A stretch of DNA of 63,001 bases, filler included, from Globobulimina sp. (lineage: Eukaryota), in NCBI GenBank assembly GCA_003354225.1. It is 33 parts of 33 records of this genome, joined end to end, with 100 filler letters (N's around TTAATTAATTAA, not from the genome) between each part and the next. Parts side by side here need not be neighbours in the genome. Positions count along the whole stretch, not along the records: positions 22,961 to 24,772 come from PIVH01011647.1; positions 24,873 to 26,684 come from PIVH01011648.1; positions 26,785 to 28,596 come from PIVH01011649.1; positions 28,697 to 30,508 come from PIVH01011650.1; positions 30,609 to 32,420 come from PIVH01011651.1; positions 32,521 to 34,332 come from PIVH01011652.1; positions 34,433 to 36,244 come from PIVH01011653.1; positions 36,345 to 38,156 come from PIVH01011654.1; 25 more parts are not named here. One strand, written 5' to 3'. Below the pieces are notes generated by a model. It did no database searches. It saw nothing but the letters and a program-made list of their open reading frames with translations, and was not told where the DNA came from. The stretch's first letter is position 1. Each line of letters starts with the position of its first letter. Positions 22,961 through 36,956 of the stretch are shown here, one piece after another. The position numbers were made by a program, and so were the translations under genes.

Positions 22961-23497
22961 TAAGTGCTTGTTTTTCGGCTTTAATAACAGCGAGTTTTTG
23001 TCAGTGAGAGTTTCCCGCAATTTGGTGATGTCTAAGGATTGTATGGGGAGCGAGGTACGTAACTCACCGTAGAGTCGCTCGATTATTTGCCGTTCGCGAA
23101 TGTGAATTTGCGACATCCAATGATAAAACTGTTGCGGTGGCAAGCTGCGCTTTGTCGGGTCATTGAAATGTAAGTGAGGCCGCAGATAGTTTGCCGCGGC
23201 GCGGGTCATTTTTTTGATGGTTTGCACTTTGTTTTCGATCTTAGCTGCAATTATGAGGCATGCGACTGCCGTTTCCCAGCGAGAAATGCTTTTGAAACTC
23301 ACTCGTAAGTAAAATGTGTGGAACAAGGAACATGCCAGCAATCGAATCTTGCCGCCTAAGGATGCTTCTTTGCCGAACTCGTCAATGAATTTGCAAGTGT
23401 CAGAGCGTAAATGCCGCTCGACGTGCTCGGGTATGCCATCTTTGCGCGATGGGCTGTGTACGAAATGAGCCCATTCGATTTCTAGGGCTGTGTTCAT
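22961..23497 (-). CDS. Transcriptional cyclin (T/K/L-like), 3' truncated
   Basis: SPSRKDGI...E..LR, FI...G..., A..LFH.FY, ACL.IAAKIEN, ERQII. Confidence 0.85.
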
Positions 23498-23824
23498 GGA
23501 TAAATGAGTAAAAAAAAAATGTAAGAAAGTTTTTGGGATTTCAGATATTTGAGAGTACCTTGAACGAGCGTACACACGCTTGGCATATGCGCCTCTACGC
23601 TCAAATTATAGACTGTCTATAATCTGAATTATGTAAACCCGTGAATCAAATCTGAAAACCAATCATAGAATTGAGGAACGGATTATTTTCACCTCACACA
23701 ACTCACACAAATAAAAGCAGTTTCGAGAGGAATGCGTATTTGATCATGGATCGATAATAAGTAAAATTATAAGGTAAGTAAGTAAAGAAATAATAATCAA
23801 ATGAATGTCAATGTTACTTAGTCA

Positions 23825-24772
23825 TTATTTCTTTTTTGAACTTAATGTTCTTTTCCTTCGCGATGCCGTTGTCGTGGCCGAATGTGATGCAATTTTTCTT
23901 TTTTTTCTTTTTGGCTTTGTTTTGTTAATATTCTCACCATTCATTTCCGTAAATCTTCTTTTCCGATTTTTAACTTGTTTTTTATTTTCATTTTCATCAT
24001 TTTCCTCATCCTCACTTTGAATCTGCTCATTTTTCTTTTTTTGTAATGAAGATCTTCTTTCTTTCCTTGTGAGAGCAGCATAAGTTTTCTTTTGTTTTTT
24101 TGCTTTTTTGTTTTTTTGCGTTGGCCGTCTTAATGTCGATGGTTTTTGTGAATGCGGAGTATAATCAGAGTCATTTCCATTTGATTCAGTTTCGGATTCT
24201 GTTTCTGGCTCATTTTCATTTTCATTTTCCTCATTTTCTTGCCTTTTTTTCCTAATTTCAAAATTAATCTCATTCTCAATTTTTTGTATTTGTTCTCTTG
24301 CGCCGATTTGCTTATTTTTTTGCTCTTTTATTACATTTAAGATTTTCGCTTTTTCAGTTTCAAATTTTGCTCTTTTCTTTGAAATCACTTCGTTTTTCTT
24401 TGCAATCCATTCATTTAAAGATTTGCCACTTTCTTCCAAATATTTGGCATCGAATTCCAATGACAATCGGTTTGAAGCAAAGCCATTATTTGTTTTGCTT
24501 TGCTTATAATTTATTATTTTATTTAAAATCTCAATTTCTTTTCTTTCCATTTTCTGCACATTTTCTTTCTTCATTCCATCCAATTTCCCGTTTAAATCCT
24601 TTTCTGTTTTCGCTAAATTCCCAATTTCCTGATTTAATAAAAATAAATTCTGTTTTGAGATTTTTAGTTTTTTACTCAAATCATCAATGTCATGATTATG
24701 CGAAAATTTATTTCTTTTTTGATTTGTTATCGATTGTTTTAAATTGGTTTGCTTTTCAGCCAAATTCTGTAT
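23825..24772 (-). CDS. Coiled-coil, Lys/Glu-rich hypothetical protein, 5' truncated
   Basis: Open frame with heptads and NLS-like basic tail. Confidence 0.6.
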   Translation of the reverse strand: MQNLAEKQTNLKQSITNQKRNKFSHNHDIDDLSKKLKISKQNLFLLNQEIGNLAKTEKDLNGKLDGMKKENVQKMERKEIEILNKIINYKQSKTNNGFASNRLSLEFDAKYLEESGKSLNEWIAKKNEVISKKRAKFETEKAKILNVIKEQKNKQIGAREQIQKIENEINFEIRKKRQENEENENENEPETESETESNGNDSDYTPHSQKPSTLRRPTQKNKKAKKQKKTYAALTRKERRSSLQKKKNEQIQSEDEENDENENKKQVKNRKRRFTEMNGENINKTKPKRKKRKIASHSATTTASRRKRTLSSKKK

Positions 24773-24872
24773 NNNNNNNNNNNNNNNNNNNNNNNNNNNN
24801 NNNNNNNNNNNNNNNNTTAATTAATTAANNNNNNNNNNNNNNNNNNNNNNNNNNNNNNNNNNNNNNNNNNNN

Positions 24873-25286
24873 AAATACACCAAAAAAAAGAAGACGAACG
24901 GATGAAGCACAAAGAAAGACAAAAACAGGCGAGAAAAAGAAAAAGAAAAAGAAGATAAAAAAACAATATAAGTATCATCCAGGAGAGTTGGAAGTTGATT
25001 GGGAAGCTTGGCCAGATTGGGATGAACGGTGTCATGGTAGAATTGATACAAATTGCAAACGTAGAGAATATCCAGAAAATTTTACTTGGGATTGTTGTGA
25101 CGAACAAGGTGATGCGGCTGGCTGTTCATTGCGAAGGTGTCCGGCAACCCCACTGAATATCCCGATGGATTTGTGTGGAGCTGTTGTGGTTCAAATGGTA
25201 CATTTACAAAGGGATGCTGTACAACTGCGCATGCACAAAATCAAGAAGACAGTGATGATCAAGACGATGATGTGGATAATTACTGA
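24873..25286 (+). CDS. Small Cys/His-rich (Btk-motif-like) protein fragment, two W.CC...GC units in different frames
   Basis: YHPGELEVDW..CHG.ID..EYPENFTWDCC..G..GC then EYPDGFVWSCC...GC. Confidence 0.5.
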
Positions 25287-25489
25287 CATTGTTACTGAAA
25301 TTTCATTACTTCAGTTGTATATTCACGAAAAGAACTTTTCGCTATAGCTCTACTTTAATTTCGTGAAATTTGCATACAACTTGTATAGCGTTATGAAATT
25401 CCAGCATTATTATGTATCTTTTAAGTGAGAAGATTGAAAACAAGTAAAATAAAACTTTTTATCCAAAAAATCAATTCTTACTTGGAATC

Positions 25490-26684
25490 ATGAGTTCGTT
25501 GGCTGTGCTGATATTTTTTGGTATATACCATTCATACGGATCCAACACAGCAATCATCAGACATCCAAAAGAAGCACTTCCTTTTCTAGCCATAGGTATC
25601 ATCATATTCTACTTTCAAAATTTATATTTTTTTCCGTATTACTTGTTTCAACTTTGAACAGTGAGTTCTTACAGCTCTCATATCAGTGAATTACACAAAT
25701 CATCAGCAAAGTTGATTTATCACTCATCCGATCCTCAAGGTTGTGCTGAATGGCAATCGATAAACAAAGACAAAGACAAAGACAACGACTCATTATTAAA
25801 AATAGGCATAGTTGATCGCGGAACATGCACTTTTTTAGAAAAAACAATGAAAGCACAGTTGGCTGGCTTAGATGCTCTATTTATTGCATCTGACGATGAA
25901 TCAATGTCGACAATGAGTGCAGATGAGGACAAATTAAAAACACTCAAACAAACTGACAACAACATCATTGTGTCAGTAATGGTACCACAATCATTCAAAA
26001 AACTGTGTGACCAAAATCCCGATATAAGCATACAAATAAATGAATATCACAGCAAAACCTGGGATATTTCCATGATTATAATGGTATTCATAGCCACGGG
26101 CTTAGTAGGAATTGGTGCATATTATTCCTCCGACGCAGAACGTGCCAAAATGAATGCCGATGGTGCTAAATCGAAGGGGTTACGCCGCAGAGCAGCCATT
26201 CAAGAAATCAATAATAAAATGGCGTGGTCCTTTATCATCATTGCTTCCATCAGCTTATTAACATTATATTTCTTTGTCAGTAAAATATTTATGGTGATAG
26301 TGGTAATATTTTGTATTGGAGCCACCAATGGTTTATCCACAATATTTGCGCATTTAATCGATTACTTTGTGCCTAGCTTACAAACGCGAGAATATTTTCT
26401 CGCAGCATTGGATTTGGAATTCACTTTATCGGATTTATTAGGACTTATACCAGCGGCGTTGCTGTCGATTATTTGGTATTTGGTGCGAGAGTCTGCTTCG
26501 TATGCATGGATATTGCAAAATATTATGTGCGTTGGATTGCTGTTGGTGATGCAAAGGACGATAAGATTGACAAATTTAAAAATAGCGAGCATATTGTTAG
26601 GGACTGCGTTTTTTTATGATATATTTTGGTTGTTTTTAAGTCCATTGTTTTTTGAGTCATCGGTGATGGTTTCTGTTGCGACAT
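25490..26684 (+). CDS. Signal peptide peptidase-like 2 (PA domain + A22B aspartyl protease), 3' truncated, intron ~25596-25661
   Basis: Signal peptide; VDRGTCTF.EK..AQ.AG (PA); WILQN; ASILL..AFFYDIFW.F.SP.FF.SSVMV.VA. Confidence 0.92.
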
Positions 26685-26820
26685 NNNNNNNNNNNNNNNN
26701 NNNNNNNNNNNNNNNNNNNNNNNNNNNNTTAATTAATTAANNNNNNNNNNNNNNNNNNNNNNNNNNNNNNNNNNNNNNNNNNNNAAAATACAACAGATCT
26801 TATTTGGGAAGTTTGGATCT

Positions 26821-28596
26821 TTGGATCGGGTGTTTCCGTTATTGAGGACAATATTTTATGGGAAATCACAACAATATATGGATAAAATTGAAAAATCACT
26901 GATTAAAAGTCATACCTCTTTAAACATTCGAATGCAGTTATTATTATGGTATAATTTCATGAATTCCGTTATAAATAAACAGCAAAAACATTCAAACAAT
27001 ATCAAAATAAACAATAACATCAAAGAGATGGAGTTTACGCCTGATTTGATACAAATGATACAAATTGATGTCGAATTGGAACAACAAACCACGATTAAAA
27101 GGGCATATCCGTTGGAAGCCGATGCGTTTTATGCTCTGCGGGTGAATGCGAATAAAAATGATATCGAATGCAGTATTTTACCAAGTAAATATATGGAAAA
27201 GTTGCTAAGTTTATTATTGATTTTTAAACCAAATTATCATTTTATTATAAAGGAGTATAGAATGGATATTCTACAGATTTTGAAGAAAGAAATGAATCCG
27301 ATTCAATGCTTAGAGATAATGTATAAGGTATTAAATATTGAGGGTGTGCAGAATGAGCAAGCATTCATTGCTTTGGTGGAACCATTTGTTCCCAGGATAT
27401 CTGCGAACGCGCCGTTATTTTTACAAACTCAATTTCAAAAATTATTGAAACAATATAATTCTGGAAATGTATTTGAATTAAATGTTGAGGACAATAATTG
27501 CAGCAATGTAGAATATGAAGTTGTAGCTATAAAACATAGATTTTCTGTGTTGAATAAGGAAAATAAAGAATTACAACAAGAATTGAGTGAATATAAACAT
27601 ATTTTGCAAAGTGTTCAGAATGAAGAGCAGGGAAACAATAAAATGAAGGCGGAAATTAATGAGATTTTGAATGAAAATGAAGAATTAAAAACAATGCTGA
27701 AAGACAATCAATTTGATTTAGAAGAAAATAGGAAAAATTATATGAATACAATTCAGTTATTAACCCAACAAAATATGCAAACGCAAACGCAGTTAAATTT
27801 AGAAAAGATATCATATAATAAATCAGAAACAAACTTAGATGATAAAAATAATGAAATTGAGAGATTGAAAAAAGAAATTTGTCAATTAAAAGAATTACAA
27901 AATAATAAAAGTGAAAGTAATGAGAAACATAAAAGATTTCGACCGTTTTTATGTAATCCGAGTGATGATGCCATTGAAGAAAAAGAATATAAACACGATT
28001 CGGAAGCATTTAAAATTGAATTATTAAATTATATGAAATATTCAACAAAGCATACAACATCAAAAACATATTTATCACTAATATATTTTCATCAGATTAA
28101 AGCGCAAATTTTATTAAATTGGAAATCCATAAAAACACAGTTTTTTGATAATTTAATTGAAAAGTTGATGGATTTTGTGGATGAAAACGAGATTGATTCC
28201 GCTGAAAAAAATGTTTATAATTTTTGTTATAAATTAATTATGGAATGTTATAGTTTTATGAATAAAGAAAACCATAAATATAATCCGATGGTTTTTAATG
28301 TCATTTATTTGAATTTGCCCATATTTTATGGATTAAAAATACATAATAAAATCTCAGAGATGTTGGAGAATATATACAGTTTTTTGGAGTTTATGATCAC
28401 TTCCATTTCTCACCGAATTTATGAGGATTATGGTTTTCTAAAAGGAATTGGTAAAGAAATAAAGCAATGCATTGATATATTTATTATGGAGTGTTGTTCA
28501 ACAATTTGGAGTTTAATACATTATCAATATGAAATTGGACCACTTGTTGTGGATACAACCAAACATGAAATATTTAATGATGACATACATAAAAAA
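26821..28596 (+). CDS. Coiled-coil hypothetical protein
   Basis: ~590-codon ORF with central heptad region. Confidence 0.6.
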
Positions 28597-28696
28597 NNNN
28601 NNNNNNNNNNNNNNNNNNNNNNNNNNNNNNNNNNNNNNNNTTAATTAATTAANNNNNNNNNNNNNNNNNNNNNNNNNNNNNNNNNNNNNNNNNNNN

Positions 28697-30508
28697 TAAT
28701 TTTCTTTAAAACAAGTAGCTGTATGTTTATGATGATTATATCGAGCAGCATATGTTTCTGCATCATCATTAACCTGTTTTTCAATATCCATATTTCTAAT
28801 TATACTTCTTGGTAGAAATTTTCTATCAATAAGTTTAGGTTTTATAAATCCTATAATTATATTAATTGGAACATTTATTTTTTCAACCATATATTCTGAG
28901 TTAGCATTTAAATGTTTTTCTAATATTTTTCTCATTTCTCTGGTAAAGGTATTGTTCATTATATGAGTTGAAATTTTGCAGGTTATATGTGAATCAATTA
29001 AGTCTTCTAATAATTTTCGTGCTTCTGGATCATGACACCACATTTGAAACATTTTAAAACACCAACTACCAAAAAGTAAACCATGATAATGTAAACTACC
29101 ACCTTGCTGTCCTTCAAAGACTCCTAAATGAGCACGAACTGAACCAAACGCACCACATTCGTTCGTATAGTCTTGTTCAATTAAATCATCATATCGCATT
29201 TGTTTTTCTGTAAAAGTAGTAACAGGCAACTTTACAATGATTTCAAAAAATTTTTCAATCGCGCGATAAAATACATATGTAGCTGCGATAGGATTATTAA
29301 TTATCATTCTCGTTCGTACAGTAATAGTAGGGAGATTTTCAATTATCTTTGTTGTATGATCTGTTAACGTCATATCTAATGCTAAAATATTATTTCGCAT
29401 ATTTGGAGAAATAGTTATAAAATGAGAAGGAATACCAAAAGAATGTGTTAATGAATATATTTTTCCTAAGACATCAGCACGTTCAAATACTGTCCAAGGA
29501 ATTGTTCGTGAAACCATTTTTACCAAAGGTTCAATATCTTTTTTAAGTCTTTTAGCTATTTTAGATTTTGGTTGATTTAATGCTTGTTGAAGATTTTGCA
29601 AAAAATTCTCCTCATTAACTATATCAATGAACTTATCTTCTCTATCTTCTCCTTGTTTTATTCTAAATGCAACAGCTGCGTTATTTTTATGTCGTTTGAA
29701 TTGATCAAATAATAAAAATAATAAATGTAATTCTTTGGCACAACGTTTATCATAAAATAACATCCAATTTTGTTGTAATAATTCCGGAACTGTTCCAACA
29801 CCCATTACATTTTCTGTTAAACCCAAAGGAAAAATCCACGGAAATGCAGCTGATAATATTTTATGATTTAAGCTATATTCAGAGACTAATTCATTTACCA
29901 CCGTTTGTGTGATTGTATTTTTGTTTTGTTGTGCAAATTCTTCTTTTTTTTCTTCCATACAATTGTTTTTATCTGCATTAATTGTTTTATTTATTTGTGT
30001 AAAAACACATTGCAAAGGTTCTCCTGTTTGTGTCTCAGTTGTAATCATACTATTTCGAATTATACAAGTTGCAGAATCAACATTATCATTCAATCCTTCG
30101 TTTTTATCTTCAATTTCGGCACGGATATGTGATAACATTGTACTAATTTTTCCACTCGTTGTATAAAAAGCTTCTTTAAATATATTATCAATTGAATTAT
30201 TTATCATTGTTTCCGCTTCTTTTTCTTCTTTAGTAGTTACAGGAATACGAACATTTTTAAATTGAGGGTTAACTTGCTTTAACCATTGCAACCATGGCAT
30301 AATTTTTTTTATATCAATTCTTAAATCACCTTGTTTATAAATTTGTTTGACCATAGGCCACATTTCAGCAGTACCACATAAATTAAGATGAATAATATCA
30401 GCTAAATCTGTTCGTGGTAAGTTTACTTTTATTTTATCATTCAATTTATCTGCTAAATTTTCATCTAAAATCTTCAAAGATAAACAATGACCTTTCACTG
30501 CAATATTT
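28697..30508 (-). mobile_element. Helitron/Helentron RepHel fragment (Helitron_like_N / HUH Rep domain)
   Basis: AFPWIFPLG, FG.PSHFITISP, NP.AA..F, GAFG.V.A..GVFE.Q..GSLHYH.L, H.HT.TCFK. Confidence 0.88.
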
Positions 30509-30608
30509 NNNNNNNNNNNNNNNNNNNNNNNNNNNNNNNNNNNNNNNNNNNNTTAATTAATTAANNNNNNNNNNNNNNNNNNNNNNNNNNNNNNNNNNNN
30601 NNNNNNNN

Positions 30609-31289
30609 TCCGAATAGTCATGATATTAATCTGTTATTCGAGTGCAACTGATCCAGACCGGCACCGCCAACAAACCCGCCACTATCAACACATTCAAACT
30701 GCTCAAGTCCCTACGTATAATTAAATTAAATTGCATTAATAAATCCCTATCATATTATATTACATATAAACGCATACCGAGTCTTCTGCCATAATTTAGC
30801 ACCAAACAAAGAATGCATGTTATCAGCTCCAACAATAGTTTTATCATTGCCATGCGACCAATGAATAGCCGCAATCACGTGATAAATCAGCAAAATATGA
30901 ATACAAAACGACGCGGAAGCATGGCCGCTGGGGAACGACGATATAGCATCTTCGGCATCCATCGGCTGATACACATAATAATTTGGTCGCGGCCTCCCAA
31001 CCAAGGTTTTGATGGTCCCATTCAATGTTTGCGTGGTAATGATAGAGGTAAATGCCTCACGCCACAACGCCTCCAATTGAATGAATAACGTCTTATATTG
31101 CGCGAGGAAACTTGGCCGTATACTCAATATACCAAATAATAACACCACGGACCATGTGACACCACCAAATATGTACGGATACGATACTGGCAACATGGAG
31201 CAATGCGGGAAGGCGAGCAAAGGCGTTTTCTGGTTTATGGCATCATTTGCGTCCACAGAACACCATGAATGATTGCTAGATTTATACAT
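30609..31289 (-). CDS. PAP2 lipid phosphate phosphatase, intron-containing fragment
   Basis: KTLVGRPRP, SFPSGH; downstream exon SCTRITD.YHDYS at contig edge. Confidence 0.88.
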
Positions 31290-32589
31290 TACAGAAGTTC
31301 ATCGGTCCGGTCGCAACACTCAGAATTATTTATTGCAGAATGCAAGTTAACTTACGTATTATTTATATTGCCGGGGATGCATTGGTTCCGAATCTGTGCA
31401 TAAGTGACTATCACATAATAGGTTGCGCCAATTATAGCACAGATGACATAATCGCACAGTATGGCGCATATAGGCTTTGCCTTTGCCCCCATACTGGACA
31501 CGTGGGTTACAGTGAGAGTGAGAGTGCTGTTGATATGATGTGGAGACGCAGTGTTTGCAGATGTGTGAGTTGCGCTTGCTGGATTTCTGGATAATTCGGA
31601 GAGTTTACGTGCTGTATTGTTGCGATCCGTTTTCGAATTATCTGGGTTTGGAGAGGTTAATGAAAATGTGCCAGTTAACCGCGATTGCTGTTATGTTTAT
31701 GATATCGTATTGTTGTTATTTTTTTGATAACTTGAATATGAATGGAAATATACAAACAACTTTTGAAAAATAATTAAGCAGTTCTGTAACAAATATAACT
31801 TGGTCAATGGACATAGAAAGGTGATGGCATAACTAAGATTGTAAGACGTACAAATAAGGTGTTTAAAAAGAGGCCATGGAGCAGTGAAAAAATGTGAACA
31901 GCGCAGTTAGTTAATACTTTTTTTCAAAAGGAAATGTGGATGAACATATTTCATGTTATCATCGATCGCAAAACTTAAATTTAACAATATCACACTTCAA
32001 TAATGTCTCAACACTTTCACCTAACATAATAATTTAACAAACTAAAAAAAAAATTAGTGTCACTGTATTTTAGATATTTTGCTAACTCATCAATTCATAT
32101 CTCGTGATGAAAGGCCGGACATCGATTTCTATCAATCCATAATTGAATTCACTTTGATCACCAATCAAATTATCATTATTTAAATACGTTAAAATTACAT
32201 CTTTCGATTCTTTTAATGGCTGTGGATGTCTTAAATAATGAGATATTGTGAATATTTGTGATAAAGTGTAATGATGTTCGATCGTAATTAAGTTTGTCCA
32301 TAAAATAACTCTGATAATAATCATAAATTGGAATGAATGTAAAGCATAATTTGCATAATCAATACTTCCTACTTCCACCGTAAATGCATAATCAACAGCA
32401 TGGCATAGTTTTTTTTCAGGNNNNNNNNNNNNNNNNNNNNNNNNNNNNNNNNNNNNNNNNNNNNTTAATTAATTAANNNNNNNNNNNNNNNNNNNNNNNN
32501 NNNNNNNNNNNNNNNNNNNNTTTTTTAAAATGATTTGCAAGTTTAACCAAGATACTTGACTTTTGAGGCCCTTTTAAGATAAATAAAAC

Positions 32590-34332
32590 ATGGGCAATGA
32601 AGCTTCGTCCTTTATAGATAAAATAGTCCCTATTGTGCAGAATGCAAATAACGATGATATTAAGAAATTAGTTCCTGTGTTACAAAATATTATAAATGAC
32701 GACTTGCCACAGCAAACCAATGAAGCCACAACAGATGCTCAACAATTATTAAATAGTACATATGAATCCATCCAGGATGAAATTTCAACCGCAAAGGATC
32801 AGGTGCAAGATTTGGATAACACATTGAGGCGAATCGATGCTGCAATACAGCCGAGTGAGCCGACATCTGTTATTCAATGTGATCATAAAACCGATTGTCA
32901 GAGCGTAAAATATTTAGTAAGCATATTAACAAAATATCAACAGTCGCAATCTGAATGCAAATCAAATCTGTTTGATCATGTTATGAGACAGAATCATAAC
33001 AAAGGCACCACTGTGAAAGACACACAACAAAAACCAACGCTTACACACAACTCAGATGATACGTATACATTCAATGTACTACGTTTACTGAATGCGTATC
33101 AACATATATTATATCAACATCCATCTGAATTTGAACATATTTATAATTTATTGAATGAGAAAATTTATAAGAGACTCAGTTGCAATTTATTGCAGTGTTT
33201 ATCTTTCCGTCGTAACCACAGAGACAGATTTAAAATGCGGTCCAAAGGTGGATTAAAAGAGTTATATGGCGATAATTTAGTGGAGAAACAATTTTTAGAT
33301 ATGGTACATTGTTATTTTATGCATTCCTTTGATACTGGAAACAGATTAAAATGTGTCGACGCGGAGCAGAAGGCAAATGATGGTGAAGCTGTTAAGTTGA
33401 CGCAGGATATAACGCTTAGTACAAAATTCATTACAAATGCGTATAGTGTTGGTGTGCGGTATTATTATTGGGAATATTACAAAAACAAAAACCAATTATT
33501 TGATCCCGCAGCGTGTGTTCCTGTAAAGCAACATACAGACAAAGACTTGGAACAAACATTAGGTTTTTGGTATATCGAGCGGAAATATGCAAATTTCAAA
33601 GATGAAATGGTGAATAATGCAGCATGTAGTATTGGGGAAGCACAATGGACAAATACAGTGCAAATGGTCAAGGAATTGATGCAGTCGAATATGGCAAAAA
33701 CGATGCTTTGTTTTCGAAAAGAAAATCAGTCCGCGGAATGTTACGAGATGAAGAATGAAGAACCAATGCGAGCAGAACATTTAATTGCGGCTAAGATTTA
33801 TACTCATTTCGACGTATGTTAGTATGTACCATGTGCACATATCTGATTTGTCACTTGTGTGCGTATTTATTTTATAACTTGTTTGTATCAAGGATTTGCA
33901 GCGCGAATTTAGTCAAACTTTTAGGAAATTAGGTGCGAATGAGACAAATGAAGAGTTGAAAAATCGACACAGCCATTATTATTTTTTAGGGAGATATTTG
34001 CGAGAATATGTCGAATGTTTTGGAATGGAGTCTGCTGATTTGACATTATATCATGGCATCCAACAACAATGTACTTTTCCGTCGATTCATCCATATATTA
34101 AAGGTCCATTCAGTACCAGCAAATCTTATGCAGTCGCTGTCAATTTCAGTTGTTCGATGGGTATGATTTTAGAACTCAAAATAGATAAAAATGCATGGCG
34201 AATGCGTTGGGATATCAAGCGGATGAATTGTATCGATTGTCAGTGGCTGAGTGAGTATGCAAATGAGCAGGAAGTGTTATTTGTTGGTGGGATAAATCGA
34301 CATACGTTTGCCACAATTATTAATGCAATGTC
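32590..34332 (+). CDS. Protein with C-terminal ADP-ribosyltransferase-like domain; intron ~33814-33892
   Basis: K.YT, LQREFS.TFR, LYHGI, GPFSTS...VAVNF, GMILEL, S.Y.NEQEVLF. Confidence 0.65.
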
Positions 34333-34432
34333 NNNNNNNNNNNNNNNNNNNNNNNNNNNNNNNNNNNNNNNNNNNNTTAATTAATTAANNNNNNNNNNNN
34401 NNNNNNNNNNNNNNNNNNNNNNNNNNNNNNNN

Positions 34433-35606
34433 AATAACAAATGCAAATGCAAATATTAATTATGATTTCGGCACTGTTCCAAATGCGGCTGTAATTAAAC
34501 AGGAATATTTTGATGAAATGGATAATAGAATTGAGACTAAACCAATTGAAGAAATTAGCGATGATTATCCAAATATTGATCATACAAAATTTGCATCAAC
34601 CGACGATGGTATGACCCGTCAACATATTACAATGTATGGCGTATACTACAACAACATTCATTATATCGGACCATATCCGACGAGAAGTGGACAGTTTCCG
34701 TTTCCTGAACAATTATTAGGTCCGTCGTATAGTACCGGGAAAACTGCCTTTCTTGGATTGGCTGCCTTGTATTTGGAGCATGAATATGGAGATATGTTTG
34801 GTAATAATATCATAGATATTGGTTATAATGGACCAGGAGGTAATCGATGGAATGATGTAACATACGACAATTGCATTGATATGGCAACAGGAAATTATTG
34901 GTCAAATAACTGGATGACCGATGAAGGATTATTGGGAGTTGAAAATGGATTTTTTTTACCTGAATCACACAGTGCAAAATATAACCATGCCACGACATAT
35001 TATAATCGACAAACAACTCCTGGAAATACATGGGTTTATCATTCATCTGATCATTATTTATGTGGTTTTGGCATGAAAAGATTTTTACGCTCAAAAACTG
35101 GAAATAATAATGCCGATATTCATAATGAAATATATGAGAATGTGTATAAACGCATACATTGTAGTGATGTGTTAAAAGAAACGAAAAGAACATACGATTC
35201 GGAGAATCAACCATTTTCATCGCATGGCTTATTTTTTACGCGTGATGATATTGTTAAAGTGGCAAAATTTTTAAATGTTGATCATGGACGTATTGGATTG
35301 CAACAAATATTGGATTTAGCTGAATTGCGGTCGTCGTTGCAGTTGACAAATGACAAAGGTCATAGTATTGGGACAGCAGATGATGCGCAAAATAATCAAT
35401 GGTTTTTTAATAATGGATTCTGGTCAGCGAGAAAGTTATGGAGTTTAAGACAATGCCCTGTCGATATACCATTGATGAGAGGATATGGTGGCATCCATGT
35501 GTCGATGTATCCAAATGGTGCTACTTATTATTATTTTAATGATAATGATGATAAAGAATGGTTATATGCTGCTGATGAAATAAATAAATTAAACTCATTT
35601 TGTTAA
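34433..35606 (+). CDS. Beta-lactamase-fold serine hydrolase, 5' truncated
   Basis: SYSTGK (SxxK), DMATG, PG..WVYHSSD, MRGYGG. Confidence 0.75.
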
Positions 35607-35765
35607 TAATTCATTTTGTAAATAATACATTAATGTTTTTGTCCCTCAAATTAGCGCAAAGAAATTGCAAAAATTGAACACGTTCTTGTGGGAAACAGTC
35701 CTAAGGACTACTTTATTATATCTTTCAATTATAAAAACTTTATTCTTGAAGTCTTCAAGTCAACC

Positions 35766-36244
35766 ATGCAAAGACAAGCAGGACAGCCGCCACCACACAA
35801 AAGAGCCAAAATAGGAGTTAATTATTTATTGATCATGCATGAAAAACAAAACAAAACAAAACAAAACAAATACAAAACAAAACGTAATTTGAAGCATCAA
35901 CAACAAAAACAACAACGACACCAACCACAAAAACAGGCACAACAACTTCATCGTTTATTAGAGATATCACAAATTAATTTATTATCGCGAGAGGTTCAAA
36001 GTTGGATTTATGAACAATGCGCATTATCGGATCACATTGAAATCGAAGCAAAACTCGGCAAATTATTGACTTATAATCCAATAAACAATGATGAGGCCGA
36101 TATGATAGGCGATGAGAATAAAATGGAAGACGAGATACGAGTGCACGATAAAATTGGTTTAAAATCAATGGCCTGGATAGATTTACATAAAACCGGCGGA
36201 CATTTTGAATCAACTGTCTCTGAGCAAGTATTTAAACATTTAAA
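35766..36244 (+). CDS. CYTH/TTM mRNA 5'-triphosphatase (Cet1-like), 5' part
   Basis: HIEIEAKLG motif A, downstream FES.VS...F. Confidence 0.7.
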
Positions 36245-36956
36245 NNNNNNNNNNNNNNNNNNNNNNNNNNNNNNNNNNNNNNNNNNNNTTAATTAATTAA
36301 NNNNNNNNNNNNNNNNNNNNNNNNNNNNNNNNNNNNNNNNNNNNAATAAAAGTGTAATAAAAATAAATGAAATAAATATTTAATTTATTAAAAATAAATA
36401 ACGGTAAAAAAATTAAAATAAGTAAATACTTGAATATAAATATTAAATATTTTTTTTAAATAAACTAATATTAAACAATTTAATTTATTCTCGTTGCTAA
36501 TAAGTGCAAGGATGTAAACAATAGTAATGTACAATGGATATTTAATAACAATGTCACAGTTTATTTTTTTATTTTAGTTTATTTTTGATATTGTATTGCG
36601 TTTAATGGAGGATTTGAATGACTGACTACTGAAATAAGGATTGGATGGGACGTATTTTAAATAATAAAAATAAAAAACACAATGACATGATTTAAATTCA
36701 AGGTATGACTTATTTTATGAAATGTGCAATAAAATATCGGTAACATACTGTCATTGTTCGAGTGTGTAGGACGTTAATGTCCTGGACTTAGCACCAATGA
36801 GTAATGATTGATGTAAATGATTTTTTGGAGAGAAAATACAAAAAACTGGAAGAAAAAATTACGTTCTTTGTTACGTACTGATTTCCGCAAAAATCTACAA
36901 AATGATGAGTTCATTATGATTTATTATAATAATATTACAAAAAAATGAAAATGTAA

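Noticed and set aside
23605-23623. 19-bp palindrome ATTATAGAC-T-GTCTATAAT upstream of the cyclin
   Set aside because: Single short AT-rich palindrome, plausible by chance.
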